The position numbers and the translations under genes were made by a program. Shown piece after piece: positions 9,640 through 18,984 of a stretch of 64,000 bases of DNA (positions are counted from its first letter, which is position 1; every line of letters begins with the position of its first letter). This DNA is from Ruminococcus sp. (lineage in GTDB: Bacteria; Bacillota; Clostridia; Lachnospirales; Lachnospiraceae), in the NCBI GenBank assembly GCA_023663085.1, contig JAMPIB010000001.1:32046-96045 (forward strand), in the 5' to 3' direction. The notes under the pieces are model-generated. The model worked only from the letters and a program-made list of their open reading frames with translations, searched no databases and had not been told where the DNA came from.

Positions 9640-10065
9640 ATGGCTAAACTGATCATTACGGTCGAAGGAGGAAAGATCACACAGACGCTGAATTTTTTGG
9701 ACAGAAATATCAAAGACAACAGATACGTTTACGGAAACGGCAATGAGTCAGGCATCATGGATGACCCCGAAAAAATATATGCTGATATTCCGGACTGCCA
9801 GCGTCTGTCCGAAAGTTACAGTGAACTGCTGGAAGCGGTGAATTTGGGAAAAGTGCAGGTTACTGACATCATGCGTCATTTGAACGAACTGGAAAAGGAA
9901 ATGGATGCGTATTCGCTCCCTACAGAGAAGCATGAACAGGAACATGTCATCACATTGAACAATGCCGACTTGGAAAAGCTTCTTGGAGAAGTGGAAGTGG
10001 ACTTGGAATCCATGAACGATAAGCATATAGAAGATGCAATTAAGAAACTGATACACAATAAATAA
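9640..10065 (+). CDS. Hypothetical acidic protein (141 aa), divergent from the SOS cassette
   Basis: The ORF has a strong RBS (AAAGGAGGAAGG 6 nt upstream) and an extended -10 (TGCTATAAT, 9567-9575). I recognise no conserved domain. A hairpin terminator follows. Confidence 0.5.
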   Translation: MAKLIITVEGGKITQTLNFLDRNIKDNRYVYGNGNESGIMDDPEKIYADIPDCQRLSESYSELLEAVNLGKVQVTDIMRHLNELEKEMDAYSLPTEKHEQEHVITLNNADLEKLLGEVEVDLESMNDKHIEDAIKKLIHNK

Positions 10066-10082
10066 AAACAAATAGAGAAATT

Positions 10083-10119
10083 CCTGGGAGAATGCCATGT
10101 TTTTCGGCATTCTCTTGGG
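10083..10119. terminator. Bidirectional hairpin terminator between convergent genes (GGGAGAAT-family palindrome)
   Basis: The stem gggagaatgcc / ggcattctc(tt)ggg encloses the loop atgtttttc and is followed by gtgaaaaag. It lies between the stops of the convergent genes at 10065 and 10163. Confidence 0.45.
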
Positions 10120-10162
10120 TGAAAAAGATTTGCTTTGCAAGTCAGAACTTCTTTTCACCCTT

Positions 10163-10804
10163 TTAGATGAAATAATCTATCGTATCTTCCGCTAGAAGTC
10201 GGGTTTCCTGATTAAACACGATGACAGCCTCCCGGATATCGTAAGGCCCCATCTCATAAAAGCCCTCGCTCGTGCGGTTGAGGCGCTCGATAGAGACCAG
10301 ACGGTTGGCGCGTTTCGGCTGATTGCTTATGAAAGTGATGCCCGGTTCGGAATATTCTTCGCTCAGTTCCGGGTCGTCCTCTTCTTCATAATAGGGATCG
10401 AAAAGATAAAGGCTGTCACCCTCAATGCCTGTCAAAAGCACATAATGTCCCACATCCAGAAAAAGACGCAGTACGACCACGCCGCCCTGCTGTAAGGCGC
10501 ATAAGATTTTGCTGGTCTGGTCGATATGTACGTCGGCGCCGGATAAAAATTCGCAGGCGATCGGAAAGTTTTTCATTTTGCCGAACTGATTGAGCCAGTT
10601 GGATAAAAACATCATAGCGGTCGCAGATGTACCGTGTTTGCCGACCTCTCCGTCTTCATTATAAGAATCCAGACAATAGAGCATAATATATTTAATGATA
10701 TCAGGATAAATATCCTCTCGTTCAAAGAGATAGCGCACGGCATTGGTCAGAGTAACGGGGCCGCAGTCGTATTCGCTGGATTGATAATTGAGCAGATTTT
10801 TCAT
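10163..10804 (-). CDS. C39-like cysteine peptidase domain protein (papain-like; function unknown)
   Basis: The N-terminal SEYDCGPVTLTNAVRYL motif has the Cys in a bacteriocin-processing C39-like context, with downstream His (GHYVLLTG) and Asp residues. The start is taken at Met-27 (10804) of the longer ORF. Confidence 0.5.
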   Translation of the reverse strand: MKNLLNYQSSEYDCGPVTLTNAVRYLFEREDIYPDIIKYIMLYCLDSYNEDGEVGKHGTSATAMMFLSNWLNQFGKMKNFPIACEFLSGADVHIDQTSKILCALQQGGVVVLRLFLDVGHYVLLTGIEGDSLYLFDPYYEEEDDPELSEEYSEPGITFISNQPKRANRLVSIERLNRTSEGFYEMGPYDIREAVIVFNQETRLLAEDTIDYFI

Positions 10805-10967
10805 AATTATTCCACACTTATTTCCTTTGTAATAATAGGCTGTTATCTTATAAAAGTGATGATAATATACAACGTATTGCATTTTTTGTCAAGGTTATGA
10901 TATGATACCTGTGTCTGTCATATTTTTCGCGGGAATTTTTCATGCCATATTTTTATGGAAAAAAATG

Positions 10968-10996
10968 TTGACAACGGGTGGTTATGGAAATATAAT
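10968..10996 (+). promoter_or_regulatory. Sigma-A consensus promoter for the opp-like operon
   Basis: TTGACA (10968-10973), a 17-nt spacer and TATAAT (10991-10996) are perfect consensus hexamers, about 80 bp upstream of the SBP gene. Confidence 0.6.
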
Positions 10997-11074
10997 ATAG
11001 AACAGTTCCTATATAAATAGTAGGAAATAAGCGAAAGATATGGTATTGCTGTGTAAGAATGGAGGAAGAGGATT

Positions 11075-12682
11075 ATGAAAAGGTTTATCAGAAAAATCTT
11101 AAGTCTGGCTCTGGTGGCGGCAATGGCGCTTACTATGGCAGGCTGTGGTGATTCGGGAACAGGTACTGCGACGCAGGAAGATATCGTCAATATCGGTATT
11201 ACCGATTCTCTGGGCGGGATCAATCCGCTGACGGTCGATCAGACATGGGTCAATAAATACGCGATCGGCTTACAGTTTCTGCCGCTCGTGGATCTGGACA
11301 ACGATCTGAATTTTGTACCGATGCTGGCGGATTCTATCACGACGGAGGATAACAGGAATTTTATCGTCCATATTGATGAAAAAGCGACATGGTCGGATGG
11401 TACGCCCGTTACGGCGCAGGATGTGGAGTTCACCTTCTTACGTCTGGCCAGTCCGGTGATCGCCAATCCGACGCTGATGCTTTACGCATTTGAGGGAGTA
11501 GGCGATGAGGGATTTGTGGAAGAAGGCGCCGAGAGTGTAGAGGGCGTGACAGTTCTGGATGATAAGACGGTGCAGTTTACGACCAAGTATCCGATTGCGC
11601 TGACAACATTTGAGAATACTTATGCTTTTTATATCCATACCTTACCGAAACATATATTAGGGGAATACAGTGAGACGGAGCTGGCTACCTTAGACTGGTT
11701 CAATCACCCGGATGTGGTGAGCGGGCCGTATATTGTGACGGATTATGATGTGGATCACTATATTTCCTATACGGCGAACGACGCTTACTGGAAAGGTGCG
11801 CCGCATATTGCCAAACTGAATTTCCGTATCATGGATTCCAGTCAGATCTATGCAGGATTACAGTCCGGTGAAATTGATGTGACACACCATACCATGACAG
11901 CGATCCCGCAGGAAGATTATGAGAATATCGAGGCGCTCGATAACGTGGATGTTGTCTATGGTTCGCCGATCACTAATCAGTCGGTGTTCATCAAGACTAC
12001 CAATATTCAGGACAGCAGAGTACGGCAGGCGCTTTTATATGCCATTGACAGAAATAAAATTTTGGAGCAGTTGATGAAAGGACACGGAGAAGTAGTGGAA
12101 GGATTTCTTTCTTCCGCCAGTCCGTTTTATGACGAGACGATAACGCCGACGCCCTATAATCCCGAAAAAGCCAAAGCCTTACTGGAAGAGGCAGGCTGGG
12201 ACGGTTCGCAGACGCTGCGTTTCTATGTAAATTCCGGTGACGGCACCTTTGTCAATGCCGCACAGGTCATGGTGGAACAGTGGGCGGCTGTCGGTATCAA
12301 GGCCGAGATACAGACTGTCGATCTGGCCGCTTTGATGGACGTGGCGGGAACGGAGGATTTTGATATCATGGCGGTACAGTATACGTATGCGCCGGTCGAT
12401 CCGTACCCGGATATCGCCTGGCTGCTGGGCGGCGAGGGCAGCTGGACAGGATATGCCAGCGAGGAGATCAACGAGGCGTTAGCTTCGACACAGACTGCGG
12501 GCAGCGTTGAGGAGATGAAGGATTTTTATTCGATTGTCGATAAAAAAGTGCAGGAGGATGTACCGATGTTCTCCGCATATATCATCAGCGCGCAGGGAGC
12601 GGTAAACAAACGGCTGACAGGCGTGAATGCCAATGTCTACGGATTTTTCACCAATGTGCATGAATGGGATATAGTCAGATAA
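11075..12682 (+). CDS. ABC transporter substrate-binding lipoprotein, family 5 (oligopeptide/dipeptide/nickel type)
   Basis: A lipobox (LTMAGCG), the SBP_bac_5 architecture and the 535-aa length fit this family. It is the first gene of an A-D-F-B-C cluster. Confidence 0.85.
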   Translation: MKRFIRKILSLALVAAMALTMAGCGDSGTGTATQEDIVNIGITDSLGGINPLTVDQTWVNKYAIGLQFLPLVDLDNDLNFVPMLADSITTEDNRNFIVHIDEKATWSDGTPVTAQDVEFTFLRLASPVIANPTLMLYAFEGVGDEGFVEEGAESVEGVTVLDDKTVQFTTKYPIALTTFENTYAFYIHTLPKHILGEYSETELATLDWFNHPDVVSGPYIVTDYDVDHYISYTANDAYWKGAPHIAKLNFRIMDSSQIYAGLQSGEIDVTHHTMTAIPQEDYENIEALDNVDVVYGSPITNQSVFIKTTNIQDSRVRQALLYAIDRNKILEQLMKGHGEVVEGFLSSASPFYDETITPTPYNPEKAKALLEEAGWDGSQTLRFYVNSGDGTFVNAAQVMVEQWAAVGIKAEIQTVDLAALMDVAGTEDFDIMAVQYTYAPVDPYPDIAWLLGGEGSWTGYASEEINEALASTQTAGSVEEMKDFYSIVDKKVQEDVPMFSAYIISAQGAVNKRLTGVNANVYGFFTNVHEWDIVR

Positions 12683-12766
12683 ATATGAAATAAAAATAAA
12701 TGTAAAATCGAAATAAATGTGAAATAAAAGCAGATGCAGAATAACAGCATAAGGCGGTGCGACAGA

Positions 12767-12803
12767 AAATACCACAGATGGCTTCGGGCGGTCTGTGGTA
12801 TTT
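12767..12803 (+). terminator. Intercistronic hairpin (partial terminator or attenuator) between the SBP and ATPase genes
   Basis: An 11-12-bp stem (aaataccacaga / tctgtggtattt) with the loop tggcttcgggcgg. It lacks a strong U-tract, so it probably acts as an mRNA-stabilising or partial terminator giving excess SBP transcript. Confidence 0.4.
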
Positions 12804-12858
12804 ATGCCAGTCGGCGGCCGGATAAAAAATAAACGGAGAAAGTATAGAGAAAAAAAGG

Positions 12859-13851
12859 ATGTCGCATTTATTGGAAGTTGAAGGACTGACAACGAGTTTT
12901 AAAGGGGATTACGGAACGAATATCAGCGTGGATCATATCTCTTTTCATGTGGACAAAGGAGAAATTGTCTGCATCGTGGGAGAGTCCGGCTGCGGGAAGA
13001 GCGTTACCTCGCTTTCCATTATGGGACTTCTTTCCAGAAGCGGCAGGGTGACGGAAGGCGCAGTCTTGTTTGAGGGGGAAAATTTATTCGCCATGACGGA
13101 GAAAGAACTGGACAGGGTCAGAGGCGACCAGATCACGATGATCTTTCAGGATCCGCTGACTTCGCTGAATCCGGTCTTTACAGTCGGCAGCCAGATCACG
13201 GAAAGCATCAGGACGCATATGGGACTTTCCAAAGAAGAGGCACGCAGGCGGGCCGAGACGCTGCTTACCAGAGTCGGTATGCCGGACGCAAAGCAGGCCA
13301 TGAAGAAATTTCCGCATACGCTTTCCGGCGGTATGCGGCAGAGAGTGATGATCGCCATGGCCCTGTCCTGTAACCCGAAACTTCTGATCGCGGACGAACC
13401 GACGACGGCTTTGGATGTTACGATACAGGCACAGATCATGAAGTTATTAAAAGAATTACAACAGGAAAATGACATGTCTGTCATTTTGATCACGCATGAT
13501 ATCGGACTGGTCGCGCGGATGGCGGACAGAGTCATTGTGATGTATGCGGGACAGCTGATTGAAGAAGCGCCTGTAAAAGAACTTTTTAAAAATCCGCAGC
13601 ATCCCTATACACAGGCATTGTTAGACTCGGTGCCGACGATACGGGATGAGGCTGACAGGCAGTTGGAGGCTATACCGGGAATGGTGCCGGAAAATTATGA
13701 CGATATCACGGGATGCCGTTTCGCAAAGCGCTGCCGGTATTATGAGGCAGCGTGTGACAACAGGCAGGAGGATTATGAATGTGCGCCAGGGCATAAGATA
13801 AAATGTATAAGGCAAAGAGAATTTCTAAGTCTGCGGAGGGACGCAGACTAA
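12859..13851 (+). CDS. ABC transporter ATP-binding protein (OppD-like)
   Basis: Walker A (GESGCGKS), the signature motif (LSGGMRQR), Walker B and a C-terminal oligopeptide/dipeptide ABC extension. Confidence 0.85.
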   Translation: MSHLLEVEGLTTSFKGDYGTNISVDHISFHVDKGEIVCIVGESGCGKSVTSLSIMGLLSRSGRVTEGAVLFEGENLFAMTEKELDRVRGDQITMIFQDPLTSLNPVFTVGSQITESIRTHMGLSKEEARRRAETLLTRVGMPDAKQAMKKFPHTLSGGMRQRVMIAMALSCNPKLLIADEPTTALDVTIQAQIMKLLKELQQENDMSVILITHDIGLVARMADRVIVMYAGQLIEEAPVKELFKNPQHPYTQALLDSVPTIRDEADRQLEAIPGMVPENYDDITGCRFAKRCRYYEAACDNRQEDYECAPGHKIKCIRQREFLSLRRDAD

Positions 13852-13889
13852 GAAATTCTAGGATTTGCGGGGCAAATCGCTCTTTGCCT

Positions 13890-13916
13890 GGGAGAATTGC
13901 TGTGGGCAATTCTCCC
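13890..13916 (+). repeat. Intergenic 11-bp-stem palindrome (GGGAGAATTGC-tgtgg-GCAATTCTCCC)
   Basis: A perfect hairpin between the two ATPase genes, preceded by a second small hairpin (ggcaaa-tcgctc-tttgcc, 13871-13888). It shares the GGGAGAAT...ATTCTCCC core with the hairpins at 10086 and 46768. Confidence 0.45.
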
Positions 13917-13967
13917 GGAGAAGATGGAGGCAGCAATTTTTCCGAAAAAAATGAAAGTAGGAAGGGA

Positions 13968-15005
13968 ATGAAGGGTATGGAGAAACCGCCTTTGATTCAA
14001 GTAGAGAATATGAAGAAGTATTATCCGGTGAGGGGCGGGATTATCACGCATACGACCGGGTATGTCAAAGCTGTGGATGGGGTGAGTTTTTCCATTAGGC
14101 AGGGAGAGACGCTGGGACTCGTGGGAGAGTCGGGCTGCGGGAAATCAACGATCGGCAGACAGCTTGTGGGATTGGAGAAACCGACGGAGGGCCTTATTTA
14201 TTATAAGGGGAAAGATTTGTCGGCTTTGCATAAAAATGAAATGGAGCAGATACGCACGAATCTGCAGATGATCTTTCAGGATCCATATTCCTCGTTAAAT
14301 CCCCGTAAGCATATATATGAGATTCTGGCGCAGCCGATGTTATATCATAAAATTTCTACGAAAGAAACGATAGAACAGGATATTGTGAAGATTCTGGATA
14401 TGGTCGGTCTGCCCGCCAATGTGCTGGGCAGGTATCCGCATGAGTTTTCCGGCGGGCAGAGACAGAGGATTGGCATCGCCAAAGCGCTTTCTCTAAAACC
14501 GGAATTTATCGTCTGCGATGAACCGGTGAGCGCTCTGGACGTGTCCATACAGGCCCAGATTTTAAATCTGCTAAAGAGTCTGCAGGAAGAACTGCATCTG
14601 ACCTTTTTGTTTGTCGGGCATGGTCTGGGAGCGGTCAATTATGTCAGCGACCGGATCGCGGTGATGTATCTTGGGAAAATCGTGGAGATTGGCGATGCAG
14701 AAGAGGTTTTCCGCCATCCGGCGCATCCTTATACGAAAGCATTGTTAGATGCGGTCCCGGTGCCCGATCCGGAGGAAAAAGAGAAAGAACACGAACTGCT
14801 GCAGGGCGAGATCGGCAGCAGTATGTCGCCGCCGGAAGGCTGCAGGTTCCATCCAAGGTGTCCGTTTGCGACGCCCGCGTGCAGGAAAGAAGAGCCCGCC
14901 ATGCGGAAGGTGTCGGAACGAGCGGCGGATGATGAAGAGAGTATACACTGTGCGGCATGTATTCTGGCGGGAGATAACAGCCGGGATAAAAGAAAGGCAG
15001 ACTGA
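13968..15005 (+). CDS. ABC transporter ATP-binding protein (OppF-like)
   Basis: Walker A (GESGCGKST), the signature motif (FSGGQRQR) and a C-terminal extension. The start is taken at the ATG at 13968, preceded by AGGAAGGGA. The ORF caller's 13803 start would overlap the upstream gene and its hairpin. Confidence 0.8.
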   Translation: MKGMEKPPLIQVENMKKYYPVRGGIITHTTGYVKAVDGVSFSIRQGETLGLVGESGCGKSTIGRQLVGLEKPTEGLIYYKGKDLSALHKNEMEQIRTNLQMIFQDPYSSLNPRKHIYEILAQPMLYHKISTKETIEQDIVKILDMVGLPANVLGRYPHEFSGGQRQRIGIAKALSLKPEFIVCDEPVSALDVSIQAQILNLLKSLQEELHLTFLFVGHGLGAVNYVSDRIAVMYLGKIVEIGDAEEVFRHPAHPYTKALLDAVPVPDPEEKEKEHELLQGEIGSSMSPPEGCRFHPRCPFATPACRKEEPAMRKVSERAADDEESIHCAACILAGDNSRDKRKAD

Positions 15006-15018
15006 TTGATAGAAAGGC

Positions 15019-15978
15019 GTGGTTACGGATATGGGAAAATATATCTTGAAAAGAATACTGGTTGCAATCCCTGTACTGATCGGGATCACGATTATTGATT
15101 ATGCGATCATGTGTCTGGCTGGAAGTCCGCTGCAGATGCTGCAGGGGCCAAGAGTCTCGGAAGGGGCGTTAGAAGCGAAAAAAATTGCGCTGGGACTGGA
15201 CAAGCCTTTTTATATCCAGTATTTTGTCTGGCTGGGACAGCTTTTACATGGTAATATGGGCTATTCGATGAAATCTTATCAATCGGTCGCTTCCTTGATC
15301 GGGAGCCACTTAGGTCCTACGCTGCTTTTGATGGGCGTATCTCTGGTAGTCAGCCTTTTCATTGCGATTCCTGCGGGGATCTACAGTGCTGTCCACCAGT
15401 ATTCCAGGGGCGATTACGCGGTAGTGACCTTTTCGTTTCTGGGCAGCAGCGTTCCCGGCTTCTTTCTGTCACTGTTATTGATATTTATTTTTACCGTGAA
15501 ATTAAAACTCCTTCCTTCAAGCGGCATGGTTACGCTGGGAACAGGCGGCGGCGCGGGGGATGTAGCCAAACATATGGTGATGCCCGTTATCGTGCTGGCG
15601 GCTTCTATGGCGGGGAGCAACATCCGCTATATCCGCAGCGCGGTACTGGAAATCTTACAGCAGGATTATTTGAGAACGGCTAGAGCCAAAGGGATTGGCA
15701 GGTTTAAGGTGATCTACAAACATGCGCTCAGAAACGCGCTGGTGCCGATCGTGACGGTGATCGGTATGGAGATTCCAGTCTTATTCGGCGGGGCAATTAT
15801 CATTGAGCAGGTGTTTTCCTGGCCCGGACTGGGACTTATGACCATGAGTGCCATCAGTAACAGGGATTATCCGGTCATCATGGGAGTGTGCCTGCTTTCG
15901 GCGGTCGTTGTCCTGATTGGGAATCTGGTGACGGATATTTTATATGCGTTAGTCGATCCGACGATACAGTTACAGTAG
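15019..15978 (+). CDS. ABC transporter permease (OppB/DppB-like)
   Basis: A BPD_transp_1 fold of about six TM helices, 319 aa. Confidence 0.85.
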   Translation: MVTDMGKYILKRILVAIPVLIGITIIDYAIMCLAGSPLQMLQGPRVSEGALEAKKIALGLDKPFYIQYFVWLGQLLHGNMGYSMKSYQSVASLIGSHLGPTLLLMGVSLVVSLFIAIPAGIYSAVHQYSRGDYAVVTFSFLGSSVPGFFLSLLLIFIFTVKLKLLPSSGMVTLGTGGGAGDVAKHMVMPVIVLAASMAGSNIRYIRSAVLEILQQDYLRTARAKGIGRFKVIYKHALRNALVPIVTVIGMEIPVLFGGAIIIEQVFSWPGLGLMTMSAISNRDYPVIMGVCLLSAVVVLIGNLVTDILYALVDPTIQLQ

Positions 15979-16038
15979 AAAAAACGGTGTGCTGACAAAA
16001 GGGGCAGAGGCCAGTCAGGAAAGGGGCACAGGTTTAAG

Positions 16039-16899
16039 ATGAATATTACAACAGAAAGCTATTTGCAAACGGTGTTTCGTCGGTTTAAAAGACACCATCT
16101 GGCGGCGTTTAGTCTGGTAGTGTTAGCCTTTGTGTGCGGCGCGGCCCTGCTTGCACCGGTGATCGCGCCATATGACCCGGAGGCTATCGTAGGTCCTTTC
16201 AGCGGCGCGCCGAGTAAAGAGTTCCTGCTGGGGACAGACCAGATAGGAAGAGACGTTTTGAGCAGGCTGCTTTATGCGACACGCATTTCTTTGCTGGTCG
16301 GTGTTATGGCGACGCTGATCTCTACTGTGGTCGGCGTTGTATTAGGACTGCTGGCGGGATATTTTGGCGGTATTATTGATATGGTCATCATGCGCTTTAC
16401 GGATATGGTCATGTCGTTTCCCTATATTTTATTAGTGCTTGTAGCAGCCTCAATTTTTAAGCCGGGATTGTGGAACATTATCCTGATCCTTGGTTTTGTG
16501 GACTGGCCGGGTGTTGCCAGACTGGTACGCGGGAATGTGTTGTCTTTGCGGGAGACTAATTTTGTCAAAGGAAATATTGTAGCGGGTATGCCGCTTCGTC
16601 ATATTTTATTTTCGGAAATATTACCGAATACGGTAGCGCCGATCCTGGTATATGCTACTTCCGTTCTGGCATTGTCCATGCTGGATGAGGCGGCGCTCAG
16701 TTTTCTTGGAATGGGCGTACAGCCGCCTACGCCAAGCCTTGGGAACATGTTAAATGGCGCGCAGTCGCTGACCGTCCTCACAAGACAGCCGTGGCTGTGG
16801 CTGCCGCCGGGACTGTTAATTGTTATACTGGTGGTGGCAATCAATTTTGTCGGAGATGCGCTGCGTGACGCGTTGGATCCGAATAGTGAGAAGCGATAG
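16039..16899 (+). CDS. ABC transporter permease (OppC/DppC-like)
   Basis: An N-terminal OppC-type segment and a BPD_transp_1 fold, 286 aa. Confidence 0.85.
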   Translation: MNITTESYLQTVFRRFKRHHLAAFSLVVLAFVCGAALLAPVIAPYDPEAIVGPFSGAPSKEFLLGTDQIGRDVLSRLLYATRISLLVGVMATLISTVVGVVLGLLAGYFGGIIDMVIMRFTDMVMSFPYILLVLVAASIFKPGLWNIILILGFVDWPGVARLVRGNVLSLRETNFVKGNIVAGMPLRHILFSEILPNTVAPILVYATSVLALSMLDEAALSFLGMGVQPPTPSLGNMLNGAQSLTVLTRQPWLWLPPGLLIVILVVAINFVGDALRDALDPNSEKR

Positions 16900-16940
16900 A
16901 ATAAAAGCGATAGAATAGAAGCGTAATGGAGAGATATAAG

Positions 16941-18068
16941 ATGAAAATGAGAGAAGATTTGAGGAAAGAATTAGAAGAGGCTTTTCAGTGGTTTCATGAG
17001 CATCCGGAGCTTTCTTATAAAGAGTATGAGACGACGGCGAAGATACGGGAAATATTGACGGCGCACGGGATTGAGATTCTGCCGTATGAATTGGAGACAG
17101 GACTTGTGGCGGTAGTGCGCGGCGAGAAAGATGGCGCCGTGCGGGCGCTGCGATGTGATATCGACGCGCTGCCCATTGAAGAAGCGACGGATTTATCCTA
17201 TCGTTCTAAAAAAGCAGGAAAGATGCACGCCTGCGGACATGACATGCATATCGTGTCGGGTATCGGGTGCGCGATTCTGTTGCAGGAGAAGCGGGAGACG
17301 TTAAAAGGTACGGTGAAGATCATTTTTCAGCCGGGGGAAGAAACGGCATTAGGCGCCTTAAAGATTCTGGAAACAGACGTTATGAAGGATGTGGAATATA
17401 TCTGGGGTTTTCATGCCGATCCGACCAACGCAGTCGGCGTGATCGGTATCCGCGCGGGCTATGTGGCGGCAGCGGCGGATAGATTCCGGATCACTGTAAA
17501 AGGAGTCGGATGTCATGGTGCGCATCCGGATGACGGCATAGACCCCATCCTTACTTCCGCGGCCATCATACAGGCCCTGCAGTCTGTCGTCAGCAGAAAT
17601 GTGAATGCCTTTCACCCTTCGTTACTCAGTGTAACGCGCATCAGCGCGGGGACGACATGGAATGTGATTCCCTCGGAGGCGGTCATGGAGGGGACTGTGC
17701 GTACCATGGAACGCGAAGACCGGGTTTTGTATGAGAAAAAAGTAAGAGAGATAGCAGAACAGACGGCCGGAGCCTATGGCGCGGAGGTGCAGATAGAGTG
17801 GATCGCGGGAGCGCCCGCTGTAGAAAATGATAAAAAAATGTCGGACTTTGTGGAAAGAAAAGCCGGGGAAATGGGCCTTGAGACTGTCCCGGAGGAAAGT
17901 TCCATGGGCGGCGATGATTTTTCCCTTTATGAAGAGAAAATGCCGGGATGCTATATCAAGATAGGCACCGGGATCGGACACCCGATCCATCATCCGGGAT
18001 TTCGCGTTGATACGAAAGTACTGCCGCAGGCGGCGGCGTTTTTGGCGAAGGTGCTGGGAGAAACGTGA
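16941..18068 (+). CDS. M20D-family amidohydrolase (N-acyl-L-amino-acid amidohydrolase/hippuricase-like)
   Basis: The HACGHD metal-binding motif and an M20 dimerisation domain. GGAGAG lies 7 nt before the ATG at 16941; 16926 is an alternative start. Confidence 0.75.
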   Translation: MKMREDLRKELEEAFQWFHEHPELSYKEYETTAKIREILTAHGIEILPYELETGLVAVVRGEKDGAVRALRCDIDALPIEEATDLSYRSKKAGKMHACGHDMHIVSGIGCAILLQEKRETLKGTVKIIFQPGEETALGALKILETDVMKDVEYIWGFHADPTNAVGVIGIRAGYVAAAADRFRITVKGVGCHGAHPDDGIDPILTSAAIIQALQSVVSRNVNAFHPSLLSVTRISAGTTWNVIPSEAVMEGTVRTMEREDRVLYEKKVREIAEQTAGAYGAEVQIEWIAGAPAVENDKKMSDFVERKAGEMGLETVPEESSMGGDDFSLYEEKMPGCYIKIGTGIGHPIHHPGFRVDTKVLPQAAAFLAKVLGET

Positions 18069-18074
18069 TTTTAT

Positions 18075-18299
18075 TTACATATTCTTTACTGCCTGTTCAA
18101 ATTCCTGTTCTGTATCCACAAAATGATATGGTTCATATTCTCCATAAGCAGAAGGTCTGCTTATAGTTACTAACTGAATTTGTTCATATCCAATTTCCTG
18201 TATAAGGCGTTCTTTAAAATCTGCTAAATGTGAGCCAAGTGTGGTTTGCAGGGCAAGGCAGCCTGCATCATCAAATTTCTTTGCGATTAAGTAGCACAT
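18075..18299 (-). CDS. Small 74-aa protein; candidate antitoxin or partner of the upstream RelA/SpoT-domain protein
   Basis: The ATG at 18299 is preceded 8 nt upstream by a strong AAGGAGAAA RBS that lies inside the 3' end of the upstream gene, with a 29-nt overlap. The region is AT-rich and I see no recognisable domain. Confidence 0.45.
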   Translation of the reverse strand: MCYLIAKKFDDAGCLALQTTLGSHLADFKERLIQEIGYEQIQLVTISRPSAYGEYEPYHFVDTEQEFEQAVKNM

Positions 18300-18906
18300 T
18301 CTTTAATTTCTCCTTAAACTCATTTTCATTTCTAATTTCAGCATTTTCGTATGCATGCCTTAAATGCTGCCCAATGCTATTATCATACGGTTTTTTATAG
18401 ATATATTTATGGAGCCAGTTGTTCATTTGTCTATCATAATAAGTATTATATTGTATTTCAATGGGATAATGAAAATTATCTAATTGATAATATACATGAA
18501 CTCCCCTATAGCCATCATCATGAGTTTTTCCATTGGACAGATCTGCAATCCGTATCTGCTTACAGCCTTTTAATAATAATACGGTTTCATAGTTATTACA
18601 AAGTGTCCGAAAACCCAACATATCATTAAATACTTTTCCGGCTTGATGATCAGGATAATAGCGCATATACTTCAGAAAAGCTGATTGGATACTTTTTATC
18701 CTGTAGTCAGTTGCAAGATCATGAAGATATTCGCATTTATCATACCACTTATTTATTTTTTTCAATTCGTCAAATAATACTTCTTTATCAAAATAGTGTA
18801 AATTCTTTTTCAAATTGATATTCATATTTGAACGATATGATAATTTTTCCAGTATTTTTAAAGATAAGCCATCTTTTTTCAGGATATCTTCGATTGCCTC
18901 CGACAT
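18271..18906 (-). CDS. Divergent RelA/SpoT-domain nucleotidyltransferase, small alarmone synthetase-like; candidate toxSAS-type toxin
   Basis: All the core synthetase-domain motifs are present but divergent: YRIKSIQSAFLKYMR (the R-x-K-x3-S-x3-K motif), NDMLGFRTLC (D-x2-G-x-R), DDGYRGVHV (the GYRSLH motif) and PIEIQYNTYYDRQMNNWLHKYIYK (the EIQIRT...W...H...YK motif). It is 211 aa with GGAG 6 nt upstream, and the region is visibly AT-rich relative to its flanks. Confidence 0.65.
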   Translation of the reverse strand: MSEAIEDILKKDGLSLKILEKLSYRSNMNINLKKNLHYFDKEVLFDELKKINKWYDKCEYLHDLATDYRIKSIQSAFLKYMRYYPDHQAGKVFNDMLGFRTLCNNYETVLLLKGCKQIRIADLSNGKTHDDGYRGVHVYYQLDNFHYPIEIQYNTYYDRQMNNWLHKYIYKKPYDNSIGQHLRHAYENAEIRNENEFKEKLKNVLLNRKEI

Positions 18907-18984
18907 ATTATGGACTCCTATATATTATAATGTTTCATATTGTATTCAAACTTCTGGTCTGAGAAAATAGTATTGCGGAGAAAA

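Noticed and set aside
13803-13967. A 55-aa N-terminal extension of the second ABC ATPase (ORF start 13803).
   Set aside because: The extension would overlap the upstream gene's 3' end and run through a perfect 11-bp hairpin. A good RBS precedes the ATG at 13968, and the Walker A motif is at its normal distance from that start.
14644-15089. Arg- and Pro-rich ORFs on the minus and plus strands (14644..14958, 14745..15089, 14749..15009) overlapping the ATPase and permease genes.
   Set aside because: They are alternative frames with low-complexity translations inside well-supported ABC transporter genes.
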